Shown: piece after piece, positions 19,635 through 29,167 of the stretch
Layout: every line of letters begins with the position of its first letter
Numbering within the stretch: position 1 is the stretch's first letter
Assembly: GCA_011364925.1 (NCBI GenBank)
Contig: RDOA01000004.1
Location: 45,011 to 109,010, forward strand
Reading direction: 5' to 3'
DNA length: 64,000 nucleotides
From: Promethearchaeota archaeon
GTDB taxonomy: Archaea > Asgardarchaeota > Lokiarchaeia > Sigyniarchaeales > SOKP01
Program-made: the position numbers and the translations under genes
Notes under the pieces: model-generated
The model's database searches: none
Seen by the model: only the letters and a program-made list of their open reading frames with translations
Told to the model about the DNA's origin: nothing

Positions 19635-20420
19635 ATGCTAAAGACATATATTTTCGACGATGCTAATAAGAAATGGATTGAAGAGGATAAAAGCCTATTG
19701 TACCACGATCTCTGTGCAATTTTAGATGAAGAACATAACATTATTTATGTATGGAATGGACCAAAAAGTTCTCAAGAAAGGTTAAAAAGGGGATATGAAC
19801 AATTAGAAAAGTTAATGTCCACTTACCCTACAATCAATTTTCAATTATCTATATTAAAAAAAAAAATCCCAAAGCACATTCAGGATAAAATTGACTTAAT
19901 GTTAGGGGAAATTAACCAAAAGGAAGATAAAGAGTTTTATAAATTTAGCCGTTTTTCGACTTTAAGATTGTATTTAATTTTATTATTGATCTCAACAATT
20001 TTACCTTTTTTTTTGCTTTTAAACTTAACATCATCACTATCATGGTATAAAATTGGGATGAATTTTGAGATTGGAGCAGATGAGTATAATATATGGTTAA
20101 CAATATCCTCTATATTAACAATCATTATTCTAATCTCTTTCAGTATTATGATAATTATAGGTATAATTGAAATAGAGTACCAAGTTATAGTTTTATCCTC
20201 ATTAGGCACACTTGTTTGCATCGGTTTATCTATTTATTTTCAGCAGGGAATATTTTTGTTTCTGTTTCAAACGGGATATTCCTCTTCAATTTATTACATT
20301 AGCCAAAAAGATATCATTGAGTTTTTAATTATAGTTTCTTTAGGAATATTTGTTTTTGAAATTCCAAATATTTTAAAACTTATTTCATTCTTAAGAATTT
20401 ATAGGAATTTCGTTTTTTAA
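19635..20420 (+). CDS. gelsolin-like domain fused to four predicted transmembrane helices
   Basis: SLLYHDLCAILDEEHNIIYVWNGPKSSQERLKRG resembles the gelsolin repeat core; four long hydrophobic segments in the C-terminal half. Confidence 0.62.
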   Translation: MLKTYIFDDANKKWIEEDKSLLYHDLCAILDEEHNIIYVWNGPKSSQERLKRGYEQLEKLMSTYPTINFQLSILKKKIPKHIQDKIDLMLGEINQKEDKEFYKFSRFSTLRLYLILLLISTILPFFLLLNLTSSLSWYKIGMNFEIGADEYNIWLTISSILTIIILISFSIMIIIGIIEIEYQVIVLSSLGTLVCIGLSIYFQQGIFLFLFQTGYSSSIYYISQKDIIEFLIIVSLGIFVFEIPNILKLISFLRIYRNFVF

Positions 20421-20472
20421 AATAAAATTCAAGACTATATTAAACACAGAGAATATATTTTAAGATATCAAC

Positions 20473-21354
20473 ATGGCAGAAGCAGCAGAAATTCTTCCAG
20501 AGCTGGAAAAAGAAGATTTGAGAATTTTAATGGCAATTGAAATAGGAATGAAAAGATCCGAATATGTAACAGTAAATAATATCAAATTCTACTCTAGATA
20601 TCCAATGGAAGAAACTTTATTTCGCCTTAAAAGGGTTCATAAGTGGAATTTAACAGTTCGAGACTCTTCTAAAAACGAAATTGCCTATACACTTAATTCA
20701 ATTGGATATGATGTGCTAGGACTTCATACATTGGTCGAAAAAAATGTAATAAGTCAATTAGGACCATTAATTGGTAAAGGAAAAGAATCAGATGTTTACG
20801 GATGCATGGATGAAAATAATAATATATACGCTTTGAAAATCTATAGGATAGGTAGGACCAGTTTTAAAAATATTAGAAAGCTTAGAAGTTTTCAAGGAGA
20901 AAGGAAACACATTTCTTGGTTATACGTTAATAGGCTAGCCGCTAAAAAAGAATTTAAAGCTTTAGGTAAAATATACAAACTTAAATTAAATACCCCCAAA
21001 CCCATTGGTTTTAATAGACATTTGATTGTAATGTCTTATTTGAGAGGAAAAGAATTAGCTTATATCCAACATTTAAGAAATCCAAGTAAAATTTTTAATA
21101 GGATCATTAAACAGATGAAAATTATTTATCAGAAAGCGAACATGATTCATGGTGATCTTGGAGAATTTAATATTATCTTAGATCATAAAGAAAAGATATT
21201 AATTATTGATTGGCTTCAATGGATTCCTTCAGATCATCCAAATGCTAACTCAATTTTGGAAAGAGATGTCGAGAATGTATGCAATTTCTTTAAAAAAAAA
21301 TACAATGTGGAAAGTAACCCTACCAAAATTATTCAATCATTTTATAAAAAATAA
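20473..21354 (+). CDS. rio2: RIO2-type serine/threonine kinase
   Basis: N-terminal wHTH (LMAIEIGM), GKGKESDVY, GRTSF, HGDLGEFN, IIDW. Confidence 0.93.
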   Translation: MAEAAEILPELEKEDLRILMAIEIGMKRSEYVTVNNIKFYSRYPMEETLFRLKRVHKWNLTVRDSSKNEIAYTLNSIGYDVLGLHTLVEKNVISQLGPLIGKGKESDVYGCMDENNNIYALKIYRIGRTSFKNIRKLRSFQGERKHISWLYVNRLAAKKEFKALGKIYKLKLNTPKPIGFNRHLIVMSYLRGKELAYIQHLRNPSKIFNRIIKQMKIIYQKANMIHGDLGEFNIILDHKEKILIIDWLQWIPSDHPNANSILERDVENVCNFFKKKYNVESNPTKIIQSFYKK

Positions 21355-21362
21355 TTAAAAAA

Positions 21363-21962
21363 TTAGTCTTTTTTTAAGTTTCCTTCTATGAACACATCCT
21401 CTAAATCTTCTAAAATAATGGTTTTAAGATTGATTGTATGGGAATCAAGAAAATCAGTCATTTCTTCTAATTCTAATTGTTTTTTAAGAATTGATAATTT
21501 CATAATTGTGCTCTTTTTACCTACTCTAAACAGCTCTTTTAATCCTTTATTTAACACTTGTAAATTCTGTAATGATGTGAAAGACAAAATAAGATTGAAT
21601 ACTCCCTCTCGAAATGGTAGATTTTCAATGTCTCCTAAAATTAGGCTAATTTTACCAAAGTAATTCCTCTTTTTTAATTTTTTAACAAACTCCTGAAGCA
21701 TTTTCCATGAGATATCTAAACCTATATACTGTACATCTTTGTGAAAATTTTCATCGTGTAAATTAGAAATAAATTCAAGTAGAAGGCCTGTACCGCACCC
21801 TGCATCTAGTATAGTGATATGCTTAAAATGAATATTTGATAGTTGAAAATTAAACTTCTCATTTTGGATCCTCCTATATCTCTCATCGTAAAAGCTAGAG
21901 GTTGAATTATATTTCTCAATAATTATTTTTTTCTTGTCTGAATCTTCATTTAAAGGTTTCAA
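21363..21962 (-). CDS. class I SAM-dependent methyltransferase
   Basis: ILDAGCGTG, GLDIS, GDIENLPF. Confidence 0.85.
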   Translation of the reverse strand: MKPLNEDSDKKKIIIEKYNSTSSFYDERYRRIQNEKFNFQLSNIHFKHITILDAGCGTGLLLEFISNLHDENFHKDVQYIGLDISWKMLQEFVKKLKKRNYFGKISLILGDIENLPFREGVFNLILSFTSLQNLQVLNKGLKELFRVGKKSTIMKLSILKKQLELEEMTDFLDSHTINLKTIILEDLEDVFIEGNLKKD

Positions 21963-22056
21963 TATTCTTAGTAAGGTTTTAATTCGAAAAATGTTTTTCT
22001 TTAAATTATCTTTTCAATAATTATAATATTAATGTTTTTTTGATAAAGGTTATAAT

Positions 22057-22311
22057 ATGTCCAATCAAAACAATAGAAATAAAAACCCATTACATATTTT
22101 GCAAGCCGCACAAAACAGTGAAATATTGCTTAGATTAAAGGATGGAACGGAATATAGAGGATTATTAAAAGAGATTGACGCTTATATGAATATGATTTTG
22201 GAAAATGCCACAGAAATAATGGATGGTAGTCCTGTAGCAAAATATAATGAAATCTTCATTCGTGGTAATAATTTACTATTTATAAAGCCAGATGCTTCTC
22301 AAATTACCTAA
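22057..22311 (+). CDS. Sm-like (LSm) RNA-binding protein
   Basis: Sm1 (LKDG..YRG.L...DAYMN..L) and Sm2 (IFIRGNN) motifs. Confidence 0.95.
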   Translation: MSNQNNRNKNPLHILQAAQNSEILLRLKDGTEYRGLLKEIDAYMNMILENATEIMDGSPVAKYNEIFIRGNNLLFIKPDASQIT

Positions 22312-22342
22312 ATGAGAACTGTTATTGAAAGCAAGTAACTCA

Positions 22343-22768
22343 ATGAGTTTAAATCTCATTCCAATTGTTGGTTATGGCACTTTCATAACTAAAAACCTCT
22401 GGATTGATAAAGCTAATATTGAAGTTTGCCTTGTTAAAAATTTTACAAGGATTTACCCTAAAGGATCATGGTTTCCATACGCTTTGAGATCAAATGGTTC
22501 TTTCAAAGCACTAAAATTCGATGTTAACAAACAAGAACTAAGAACCTTGGATTTAATTGAGGGAGTTAATGAAGGACTATTTGAAAGAGTATCTACCGAA
22601 ATATTTCTCAAAAATAATGTAAAATCATCTGCTTTTATTTATATACCCACTCCTAATACAATCAGATCAGAAAACTTAAGTTTGGAATTAGATACAACAG
22701 ATCGATGGTTGAAAGAAATTCAAAAGAGTCCTAAAGCCTTAAAAAGATTTCCTGAATTAATTACATAG
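22343..22768 (+). CDS. gamma-glutamylcyclotransferase (AIG2/YtfP-like) family protein
   Basis: GYGT near N-terminus, LDLIEG...FER, AFIY; likely ATG22343. Confidence 0.75.
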   Translation: MSLNLIPIVGYGTFITKNLWIDKANIEVCLVKNFTRIYPKGSWFPYALRSNGSFKALKFDVNKQELRTLDLIEGVNEGLFERVSTEIFLKNNVKSSAFIYIPTPNTIRSENLSLELDTTDRWLKEIQKSPKALKRFPELIT

Positions 22769-23656
22769 TTAGTCAACTATTTTTGCTTCGACCAAGTCTT
22801 TTTTTATTATAGCGTATGATGCTGGATTCGTCGCCCTATAATTATCGGAAGAAAATATTGATAGTAATCTCTTGTTGAAAAACCATCTGTAACCTTCTGG
22901 AAATACTTCATGCGATCTGATTAAATAATTTAAATTATAATCTTTCATAAAGTCATCAAAAACATCTTCACCAAAGAATTTTATTCCAGGTCCTCGAAAA
23001 CTTTCAGAAAAGCCTTTTAATCCTGATTTAGGGTCATTCCACATAATTTGCATAAGAATCTTCGCTATAGATTTGAAAGTTAGAGCAATATCTTTTGGTT
23101 TCAAACCCTTTAATTTTCTCATAAATTCGATGTCCTCTGGAATACCACCATGTAAGCATAGAATAGAATTATTCACCAGAGCACAGAAAGGAAGTGCTAG
23201 ATATAAAGATAAAATTTCATCAAATTTCATTTGACCATAAAATTTTGACATAAATACAGAATAAAAACCATAATATTGGTTCATTTCTAATGTCTCGTGA
23301 TTACCCTTTAATATATAGTATTTATCAGGATATCGAATTTTTAACGCTAGTACCATTATTAAGCATTCTAATTGATAGGGACCTCTATCGACAATATCAC
23401 CTAAAAATATTACAAATCTGGGATTGGTTTGCTCAATAATCTCAACTAATTTTTGTAAACACCTCAAGTTTCCGTGAATATCTCCAATAACATATACCTC
23501 TCTCTCAATTTCCTTAACATTTAATTCCAATAGCAGTGGTTCTTCTTTCAATATATTCACAGCCTGATGGATAATTTGTAAAATACTGTGATATTCTAAT
23601 TTAGATATTTCATCTGGGTTAGCAATAAGGTCTTTTAAAAACGCTTTATCTATCAA
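22769..23656 (-). CDS. PPP-family Ser/Thr protein phosphatase (PP1/PP2A-like)
   Basis: GDIHG, GDIVDRG, GNHE, HGG, WNDP, RSHE, IFSSDNY. Confidence 0.93.
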   Translation of the reverse strand: MIDKAFLKDLIANPDEISKLEYHSILQIIHQAVNILKEEPLLLELNVKEIEREVYVIGDIHGNLRCLQKLVEIIEQTNPRFVIFLGDIVDRGPYQLECLIMVLALKIRYPDKYYILKGNHETLEMNQYYGFYSVFMSKFYGQMKFDEILSLYLALPFCALVNNSILCLHGGIPEDIEFMRKLKGLKPKDIALTFKSIAKILMQIMWNDPKSGLKGFSESFRGPGIKFFGEDVFDDFMKDYNLNYLIRSHEVFPEGYRWFFNKRLLSIFSSDNYRATNPASYAIIKKDLVEAKIVD

Positions 23657-23823
23657 TTTTTAATCTTCTTTATATATGAAATTTGTTTTTCATCTGTACT
23701 AGTGATACTTTAATTTTTAAATTAGTATGTTATATTTAAATAGAAATAAGATTTGATTGAAAAAAAAGCGTAAAGTTCTCTAATTTAATTCGATTTTGAA
23801 TCCTAAAAATAATTTAAATAACG

Positions 23824-25869
23824 TTGAGTTATGTCATGATTTCAGCTTTGGAAAACCTAATTATCGCATTTGAAAATCAGAAACTTACAGAGAAAAACTG
23901 TAATAAAGATCGGGGCGTAATATATACACCTCAACCGATTGCTGATTTTATGGTTTTGAATGCTTTTCATATTTTTTTTGATGATTTCCCTCAAATTCAA
24001 AAAATCTTTCAAAATGATTACGACGAGACAAAAATGAAACAAATTTTTACAAGTAATAAAAGTTGTAAAGATCAATTTGAAATTAAAATTAGAAATATTA
24101 AAATATTAGATCCTGCTTGTGGTACGGGAAGATATTTAATTGCTATCGCTAATCTTCTTTTTAAAATTTATAAACTACTAAAGTCAGAGTTCTCGGATCG
24201 TGCAATTAAAAAAGAAGTAATTCAGAATCACCTCTACGGAATTGAAATCGATGAGGCAGCACTAATAGTATCAAAAATTCGTTTAATATCTTGGATTTAT
24301 TCTGAAGATGATACTCCCCATTTAGATGAAATTATTGATTTAAATTCAAATTTAAGCGAAATTAATCGCATTATTGATAAATTCAGTGTGAAATTTAATC
24401 TATTTAATGTTGATTATCTTATAGATTTTAATTCTGATGATATTGATATTATTATAGGAAATCCTCCCTATGTTGAAAATAAAAAGATTTTAGATTTAGA
24501 ATTCAAAAACAGAATAAAAAAAAAATTCGAGACTGCTTATGGTTTATATGATCTTAGTATTATTTTCATTGAAAAATCGATCGGATTATTAAAAAATGAA
24601 ACTGGTTGCTTATCCTTTCTAACAACTAATAAATTCTTATCGGCGGATTATGGTCTAAAAATCAGACAGATGCTAATGAGAGAAACAGAACTTAAAGAAA
24701 TTATAAATATCTCATCATTATCTGTTTTTCATAAAACTGCCGCTTATCCTATAATAATTACTGCCAAAAAGAGAACGGGAACTAATAATACAGTTATCAT
24801 AAAGAAGTTTAATCTTATTGAGGATTTTAATCGGTCTAAAAACGAGAAAGTTATGGAGTTTGCCCAAGAATCAATTAAAAATCTTCCTTCTTCTGTAATA
24901 CCCATATCCCATAATGTAAAATTGGTAAACCAATTGTATTCAACTTTCAGACCATTGAATCAAGTAATAAGGGACTTAAAAATTCTATATCGTCCTTTTG
25001 GATTTATTAATTGGGCAGAAAATGTTAAAAATATTAGTAAAAGTAAAACATCTGATAAAGATTTATTGCTAATTGGAACTGGAAATGTTCGGAAGTATCA
25101 TATTAATTTTAAGAAAAAAATTAAAATTGCAAAAACAAATCACGAAATAACTTATTTTAAATTTCATAATGAATATAAACAAGTTTGGACCAACCTTTCC
25201 AGTGAAAAATTAATTATTAGGGAAATAGCTAAAGATTTAACTTGTGTATATGATCCTGGAGTTTACGCTAATTTAACCGGATTATACTTTATACATGTAC
25301 CTTCGTTTGAAACTAAGGATTACTTTAATCTATTGACAATACTAAATTCAGATCTAATTAACTTAGTTTTTAAGACTCTATATGGAACTCTCCATATGTC
25401 TGGAGGCTACTTAAGGTTTAACGGAAGTTTCATAAAAAGTCTTCCTCTCCCAGAGAAAATTCCTCTCGCACTCTCATACATTGGCAAGATACTCCAATTT
25501 CTTTATCACCTAAAGTATGAAATGCAACAAAAAGCTGGTTATCATTCACCAAAAGGATTTGAAATGAAAGACATCCTATATCCCCTCAAATTTTACGAGA
25601 AATTATCCAACTCTTTGATAAACCAACTCTATTTATGTTTAAAGCCGTGTGATGAATTTTTTTCAATTCTAAACTGTTTATCTCCAATCCCTAATATAGA
25701 ATTTAAGTTCGTGAATCCAAGTTATAAACTACCGAATTATGAAACTTATACAAAAGAAGAAATAAAAGAACACTTAAACGAAATCAATAAAAGTTTTAAT
25801 CTTTTAAGAAATGAACAGAAACTGATTAATGGTATGAATAAATACTTAAAGTATCTGGTAAAAAATTAA
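23824..25869 (+). CDS. N6-adenine DNA methyltransferase (gamma class, Eco57I/TaqI-like)
   Basis: YTP, DPACGTG (motif I) before GNPPY (motif IV), TaqI-C-like TRD (ILNS...GGYLRF). Confidence 0.88.
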   Translation: MSYVMISALENLIIAFENQKLTEKNCNKDRGVIYTPQPIADFMVLNAFHIFFDDFPQIQKIFQNDYDETKMKQIFTSNKSCKDQFEIKIRNIKILDPACGTGRYLIAIANLLFKIYKLLKSEFSDRAIKKEVIQNHLYGIEIDEAALIVSKIRLISWIYSEDDTPHLDEIIDLNSNLSEINRIIDKFSVKFNLFNVDYLIDFNSDDIDIIIGNPPYVENKKILDLEFKNRIKKKFETAYGLYDLSIIFIEKSIGLLKNETGCLSFLTTNKFLSADYGLKIRQMLMRETELKEIINISSLSVFHKTAAYPIIITAKKRTGTNNTVIIKKFNLIEDFNRSKNEKVMEFAQESIKNLPSSVIPISHNVKLVNQLYSTFRPLNQVIRDLKILYRPFGFINWAENVKNISKSKTSDKDLLLIGTGNVRKYHINFKKKIKIAKTNHEITYFKFHNEYKQVWTNLSSEKLIIREIAKDLTCVYDPGVYANLTGLYFIHVPSFETKDYFNLLTILNSDLINLVFKTLYGTLHMSGGYLRFNGSFIKSLPLPEKIPLALSYIGKILQFLYHLKYEMQQKAGYHSPKGFEMKDILYPLKFYEKLSNSLINQLYLCLKPCDEFFSILNCLSPIPNIEFKFVNPSYKLPNYETYTKEEIKEHLNEINKSFNLLRNEQKLINGMNKYLKYLVKN

Positions 25870-25955
25870 ATTCTGAAAAATATATAATAATAAAAGCTAA
25901 ATTTTAGATTATGTTATATTATTTTTAAAAATTAAATAATATTAATGTGAATTCA

Positions 25956-26273
25956 ATGGCTAAAAAAAAGAATGTACCAGATGAAACTGAAGTGGAAGAC
26001 GTTCCAGATGGAAAAATGGATGAAGATGGAGACGAGATACTGGATTTATACGATGAAAGAGATAATCTTGAGGAAGATCTTGATTACGATCTGAGCGAAA
26101 TTGAGGATGAAATGTTAGCAGACGAGACTGAAGACGAAGAATTCGGAATGGAAGTTGATGATGTTGTTAAAATGTTGAGAAGTGTCAAGTGTGATCCATG
26201 TCCTGGTTTAAAGAGCAAACCAGGCTGTCAAATTGCTCACGATTATGGTTGTCCAAAACCAAATAAGCCATAA
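25956..26273 (+). CDS. highly acidic small protein with C-terminal 4-Cys motif
   Basis: D/E-rich core; CDPC...C...C tail; likely ATG25956; T-rich tract after stop. Confidence 0.75.
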   Translation: MAKKKNVPDETEVEDVPDGKMDEDGDEILDLYDERDNLEEDLDYDLSEIEDEMLADETEDEEFGMEVDDVVKMLRSVKCDPCPGLKSKPGCQIAHDYGCPKPNKP

Positions 26274-26355
26274 ATTACAAAATTTATTTTCTTTCATTTT
26301 TTTTAAAATATTTTTAGTTTTCTTTTCCATAAAGGATAATATCTAGGGATATTCG

Positions 26356-27357
26356 ATGCTAACAAAAACTTATAAACGCGTTATCCTAGTTATTTTTGAT
26401 GTTTTATTTAGCGCATATATTTGGAATGTAAATGCCTCGTGGGGAAATACATTTGAAACTTGTTTAATTTTATCAACTACGACATTTTTAATTATATACA
26501 CGCCATTTGAGATATATTGGAGTTTTAGAGACATATATTTCGACAGATGGGCTGTAATAAAATTAAACTCGATAGAAACTATTAAAATAAAGATAGATGT
26601 TGGTGAAAACAAAAGAGGAAAGAATAGAAAACTGGTAGGCCTTTTAATTACTTCAAACAATAAGGAGTTCGTTGATTCTAAAAACACTTTAGTTGTTATC
26701 TGCCATGGATTTTCAGATTCAAAAGAAACTCTTCAATATTATTACATTCCACTTGCGCTTCAAGGATATACAATTTTAACATATGACGCTCGAGGAATGG
26801 GTGAATCGAAAAAAGTTGGAAGGAGAAGTCAATTTCTTAAAAGAATTGAAGATTTTAAAATTATTATTGCATGGATTAAGCAACAAGATCAGTTCAAAAA
26901 TTTTAAAGTAAATGCTGTTGGCTTCAGTATTGGGGCTATCACAGTTCTATGTGGAGGTTTTTCAAACGATTTTATAAAAAAGATCATAGCTATTTCTGCC
27001 ATGTCACACTACAAACAAAATATACCAAAATACAATCCAATCATTATGTTTAGTTACTTACTAAAGGGGGTAAAATTATTTCCAAATAAAGTAGAAAATG
27101 ATAAATTATCCCCTTATTTGGTGATTAAAAACTCTAAATATTCGCTTTCGGAAGAAATTTGGAAAAAACTCTCTGAAAGAGTTTTTCTTATTCATGCTAG
27201 AAACGATAAAGTTATAAAGATTAAAAATTTTGAAGAAAATGTGAATATTCTGAACTTACCAGAACAGAATACTCTCGTGTTGAATGGTGGTGGGCATACT
27301 CAAAAAAAAAATGAACTTTTAATAGTCGCAAGCTCTTTAAAGTTTTTAAATTCGTAA
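26356..27357 (+). CDS. membrane-anchored alpha/beta hydrolase
   Basis: Two N-terminal hydrophobic helices; HGF, YDARG.GES, GFSIG, NDK, GGH triad. Confidence 0.85.
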   Translation: MLTKTYKRVILVIFDVLFSAYIWNVNASWGNTFETCLILSTTTFLIIYTPFEIYWSFRDIYFDRWAVIKLNSIETIKIKIDVGENKRGKNRKLVGLLITSNNKEFVDSKNTLVVICHGFSDSKETLQYYYIPLALQGYTILTYDARGMGESKKVGRRSQFLKRIEDFKIIIAWIKQQDQFKNFKVNAVGFSIGAITVLCGGFSNDFIKKIIAISAMSHYKQNIPKYNPIIMFSYLLKGVKLFPNKVENDKLSPYLVIKNSKYSLSEEIWKKLSERVFLIHARNDKVIKIKNFEENVNILNLPEQNTLVLNGGGHTQKKNELLIVASSLKFLNS

Positions 27358-27438
27358 TTACTTACTTTCAAAATGTTTTAAGGTTGAGTTTAAATAATTT
27401 AGTCTTAAATTATTCTAAATAGTTTCAGGTGAGGATTT

Positions 27439-27624
27439 ATTATAAAATGCCCAATATGTAAAGCTGAAATTAAACTTCAAAATCTTGAGAGTCATTATAA
27501 AATTACTTTGGGTGATATAGTCAATGGTAAGTTTTTGGGTAAAAACACACTATATTACCATAAAAACTGTTTATGTAATAAAACACACTATGATAAACAA
27601 ATAATATCCCCAATTTCAGAATAG
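27439..27624 (+). CDS. small putative Zn-binding protein (CxxC...HxxC), non-canonical ATT/ATA start, not in ORF track
   Basis: IIKCPICKAEIKLQ...YYHKNCLC...ISE*; strong SD GGTGAGG at 27428-27434; in-frame TGA at 27430 excludes an upstream start. Confidence 0.55.
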   Translation: MIKCPICKAEIKLQNLESHYKITLGDIVNGKFLGKNTLYYHKNCLCNKTHYDKQIISPISE

Positions 27625-27655
27625 TTAGAAGGATTGATCTATATTATCTGGTTTT

Positions 27656-29104
27656 CTAACCAAAAAAATCGTCCCAATCAGAAAATTCTACGATTTTATT
27701 ATAATTTTCTATTATACTCTTGAATATTACACATCCTATGCAAAAAACATTAACAAAATCCTTTAGTTTTAGACCCAATAACTTGCTATTTTTTTCTGAA
27801 AAACCAACACCTCTGTGAACTTCGATTTTACCATCAAATCCTGATAGATTTACTACAAATTCCTGCTTCTCTAAACCTTTAATAAAACTCCCTCTAGCAA
27901 TTCTTGCTAAACCTCCAATCGGGATTATTTTGTTTTCAGATTGAACTAAATATATCCGTAGATCAAACGTGTGCTTCTCACCTTCCCAATCGATAAGGGA
28001 AAAATCAGCTTTCTCTTGGATTGTGTAAGGAAAGGGTACCCGGTTTCTTGAAAATTTATTATAAAATTCTTCCGTGCTTAAATCCAAGATTTTCTTAATT
28101 CCTTTAACATTTTCACTCTTGAGAATTTGAATTACCCCTGCACCACCAGATCCACCACTTGGTTTTATTATATAGGATTTGTCATATTTCTTTATCAATT
28201 TACTTGCTTTTGAGATTAATTCTTCCTCAGTAAATGCTTTTGTGAATCGTAGATATTTTAAATTATACCTTTTAAGTGTGTTCTTCCTTAAAAAACTAGC
28301 AATATATGTGAGAGATTTATCATCAGTAATTCTGAAAATCGGATTAACAATTATGGTATTAATTTGCCGAAAATCTTTGCAAACTAACTCGTCAAATCTT
28401 TTATTGTGGAATCTCCGCGCTATACCGTCCCCTATCAGGACATTTACAGGCTCATTAAGAAACTTGATCCACGAATTAGAAAAAGATAATGCTTGTCTTA
28501 GCTGACCATAATCTGCTATAATAAATACGACTTTTGCCTTATGATCCTTGTCATAATTATCGAAATTAAAAATTTTTAGTGAAAATCCATCAGATTTAAT
28601 TCTTTTCCTTAAATATTCAACCATTATTACTTTTTCATGAATTAAACCATCATTTATTGGAACTCCTACTAACACCAAGATCTTCCTATGTTCTCTGCTA
28701 TTCTTATTAATTGCCTGAGATATAGCTTCGTAATACCCATCATATAGTAATGATTGCTGCTTTTTAGTAAGTATTGATAGCCCTCTATTCGATCCTCCGT
28801 TCGTTTCAAGAAGATAAAACTTCTTTTTCTTAGGATCTCTATTCACCATAAAATCAATACTTCCTGCATAAAAAGAATATTCGTTATTTACTACATTGTC
28901 ATTACGCTTTGATAATCTTTTAAGAGCCTTTTTTCTTGCGCAATCGATAAATTCATCTTCTTGGGAGGCTCGAAGTTCGGAAAAAGAGATTAAGTCTAAC
29001 CCTAATGATCTACCTAATGGAACTAATTCTAAATCAGACTCAGATATCTCTTTTGACATTAATTTTAAGAATTTAGTTAATAAATTCTCTACCAAGGAAA
29101 CCAC
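27656..29104 (-). CDS. circularly permuted ATP-grasp (carboxylate-amine ligase) protein
   Basis: IDFMV...LLETN near N-terminus; IIKPSGGSGGAG, IQEK, FDLRIY, GGLARIA, VVNLS in C-half. Confidence 0.72.
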   Translation of the reverse strand: MVSLVENLLTKFLKLMSKEISESDLELVPLGRSLGLDLISFSELRASQEDEFIDCARKKALKRLSKRNDNVVNNEYSFYAGSIDFMVNRDPKKKKFYLLETNGGSNRGLSILTKKQQSLLYDGYYEAISQAINKNSREHRKILVLVGVPINDGLIHEKVIMVEYLRKRIKSDGFSLKIFNFDNYDKDHKAKVVFIIADYGQLRQALSFSNSWIKFLNEPVNVLIGDGIARRFHNKRFDELVCKDFRQINTIIVNPIFRITDDKSLTYIASFLRKNTLKRYNLKYLRFTKAFTEEELISKASKLIKKYDKSYIIKPSGGSGGAGVIQILKSENVKGIKKILDLSTEEFYNKFSRNRVPFPYTIQEKADFSLIDWEGEKHTFDLRIYLVQSENKIIPIGGLARIARGSFIKGLEKQEFVVNLSGFDGKIEVHRGVGFSEKNSKLLGLKLKDFVNVFCIGCVIFKSIIENYNKIVEFSDWDDFFG

Positions 29105-29167
29105 TAAATTGCGGATTTATTAAATAAATCCTCGATTTTCTAATTATTATAATTATCTATTAAATAA

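Noticed and set aside
5870-25869. Methyl-directed mismatch repair linking MutS/MutL to the orphan methyltransferase
   Set aside because: MutL has the intrinsic endonuclease motif DQHAx2Ex4E and no MutH is visible, so methylation is not needed
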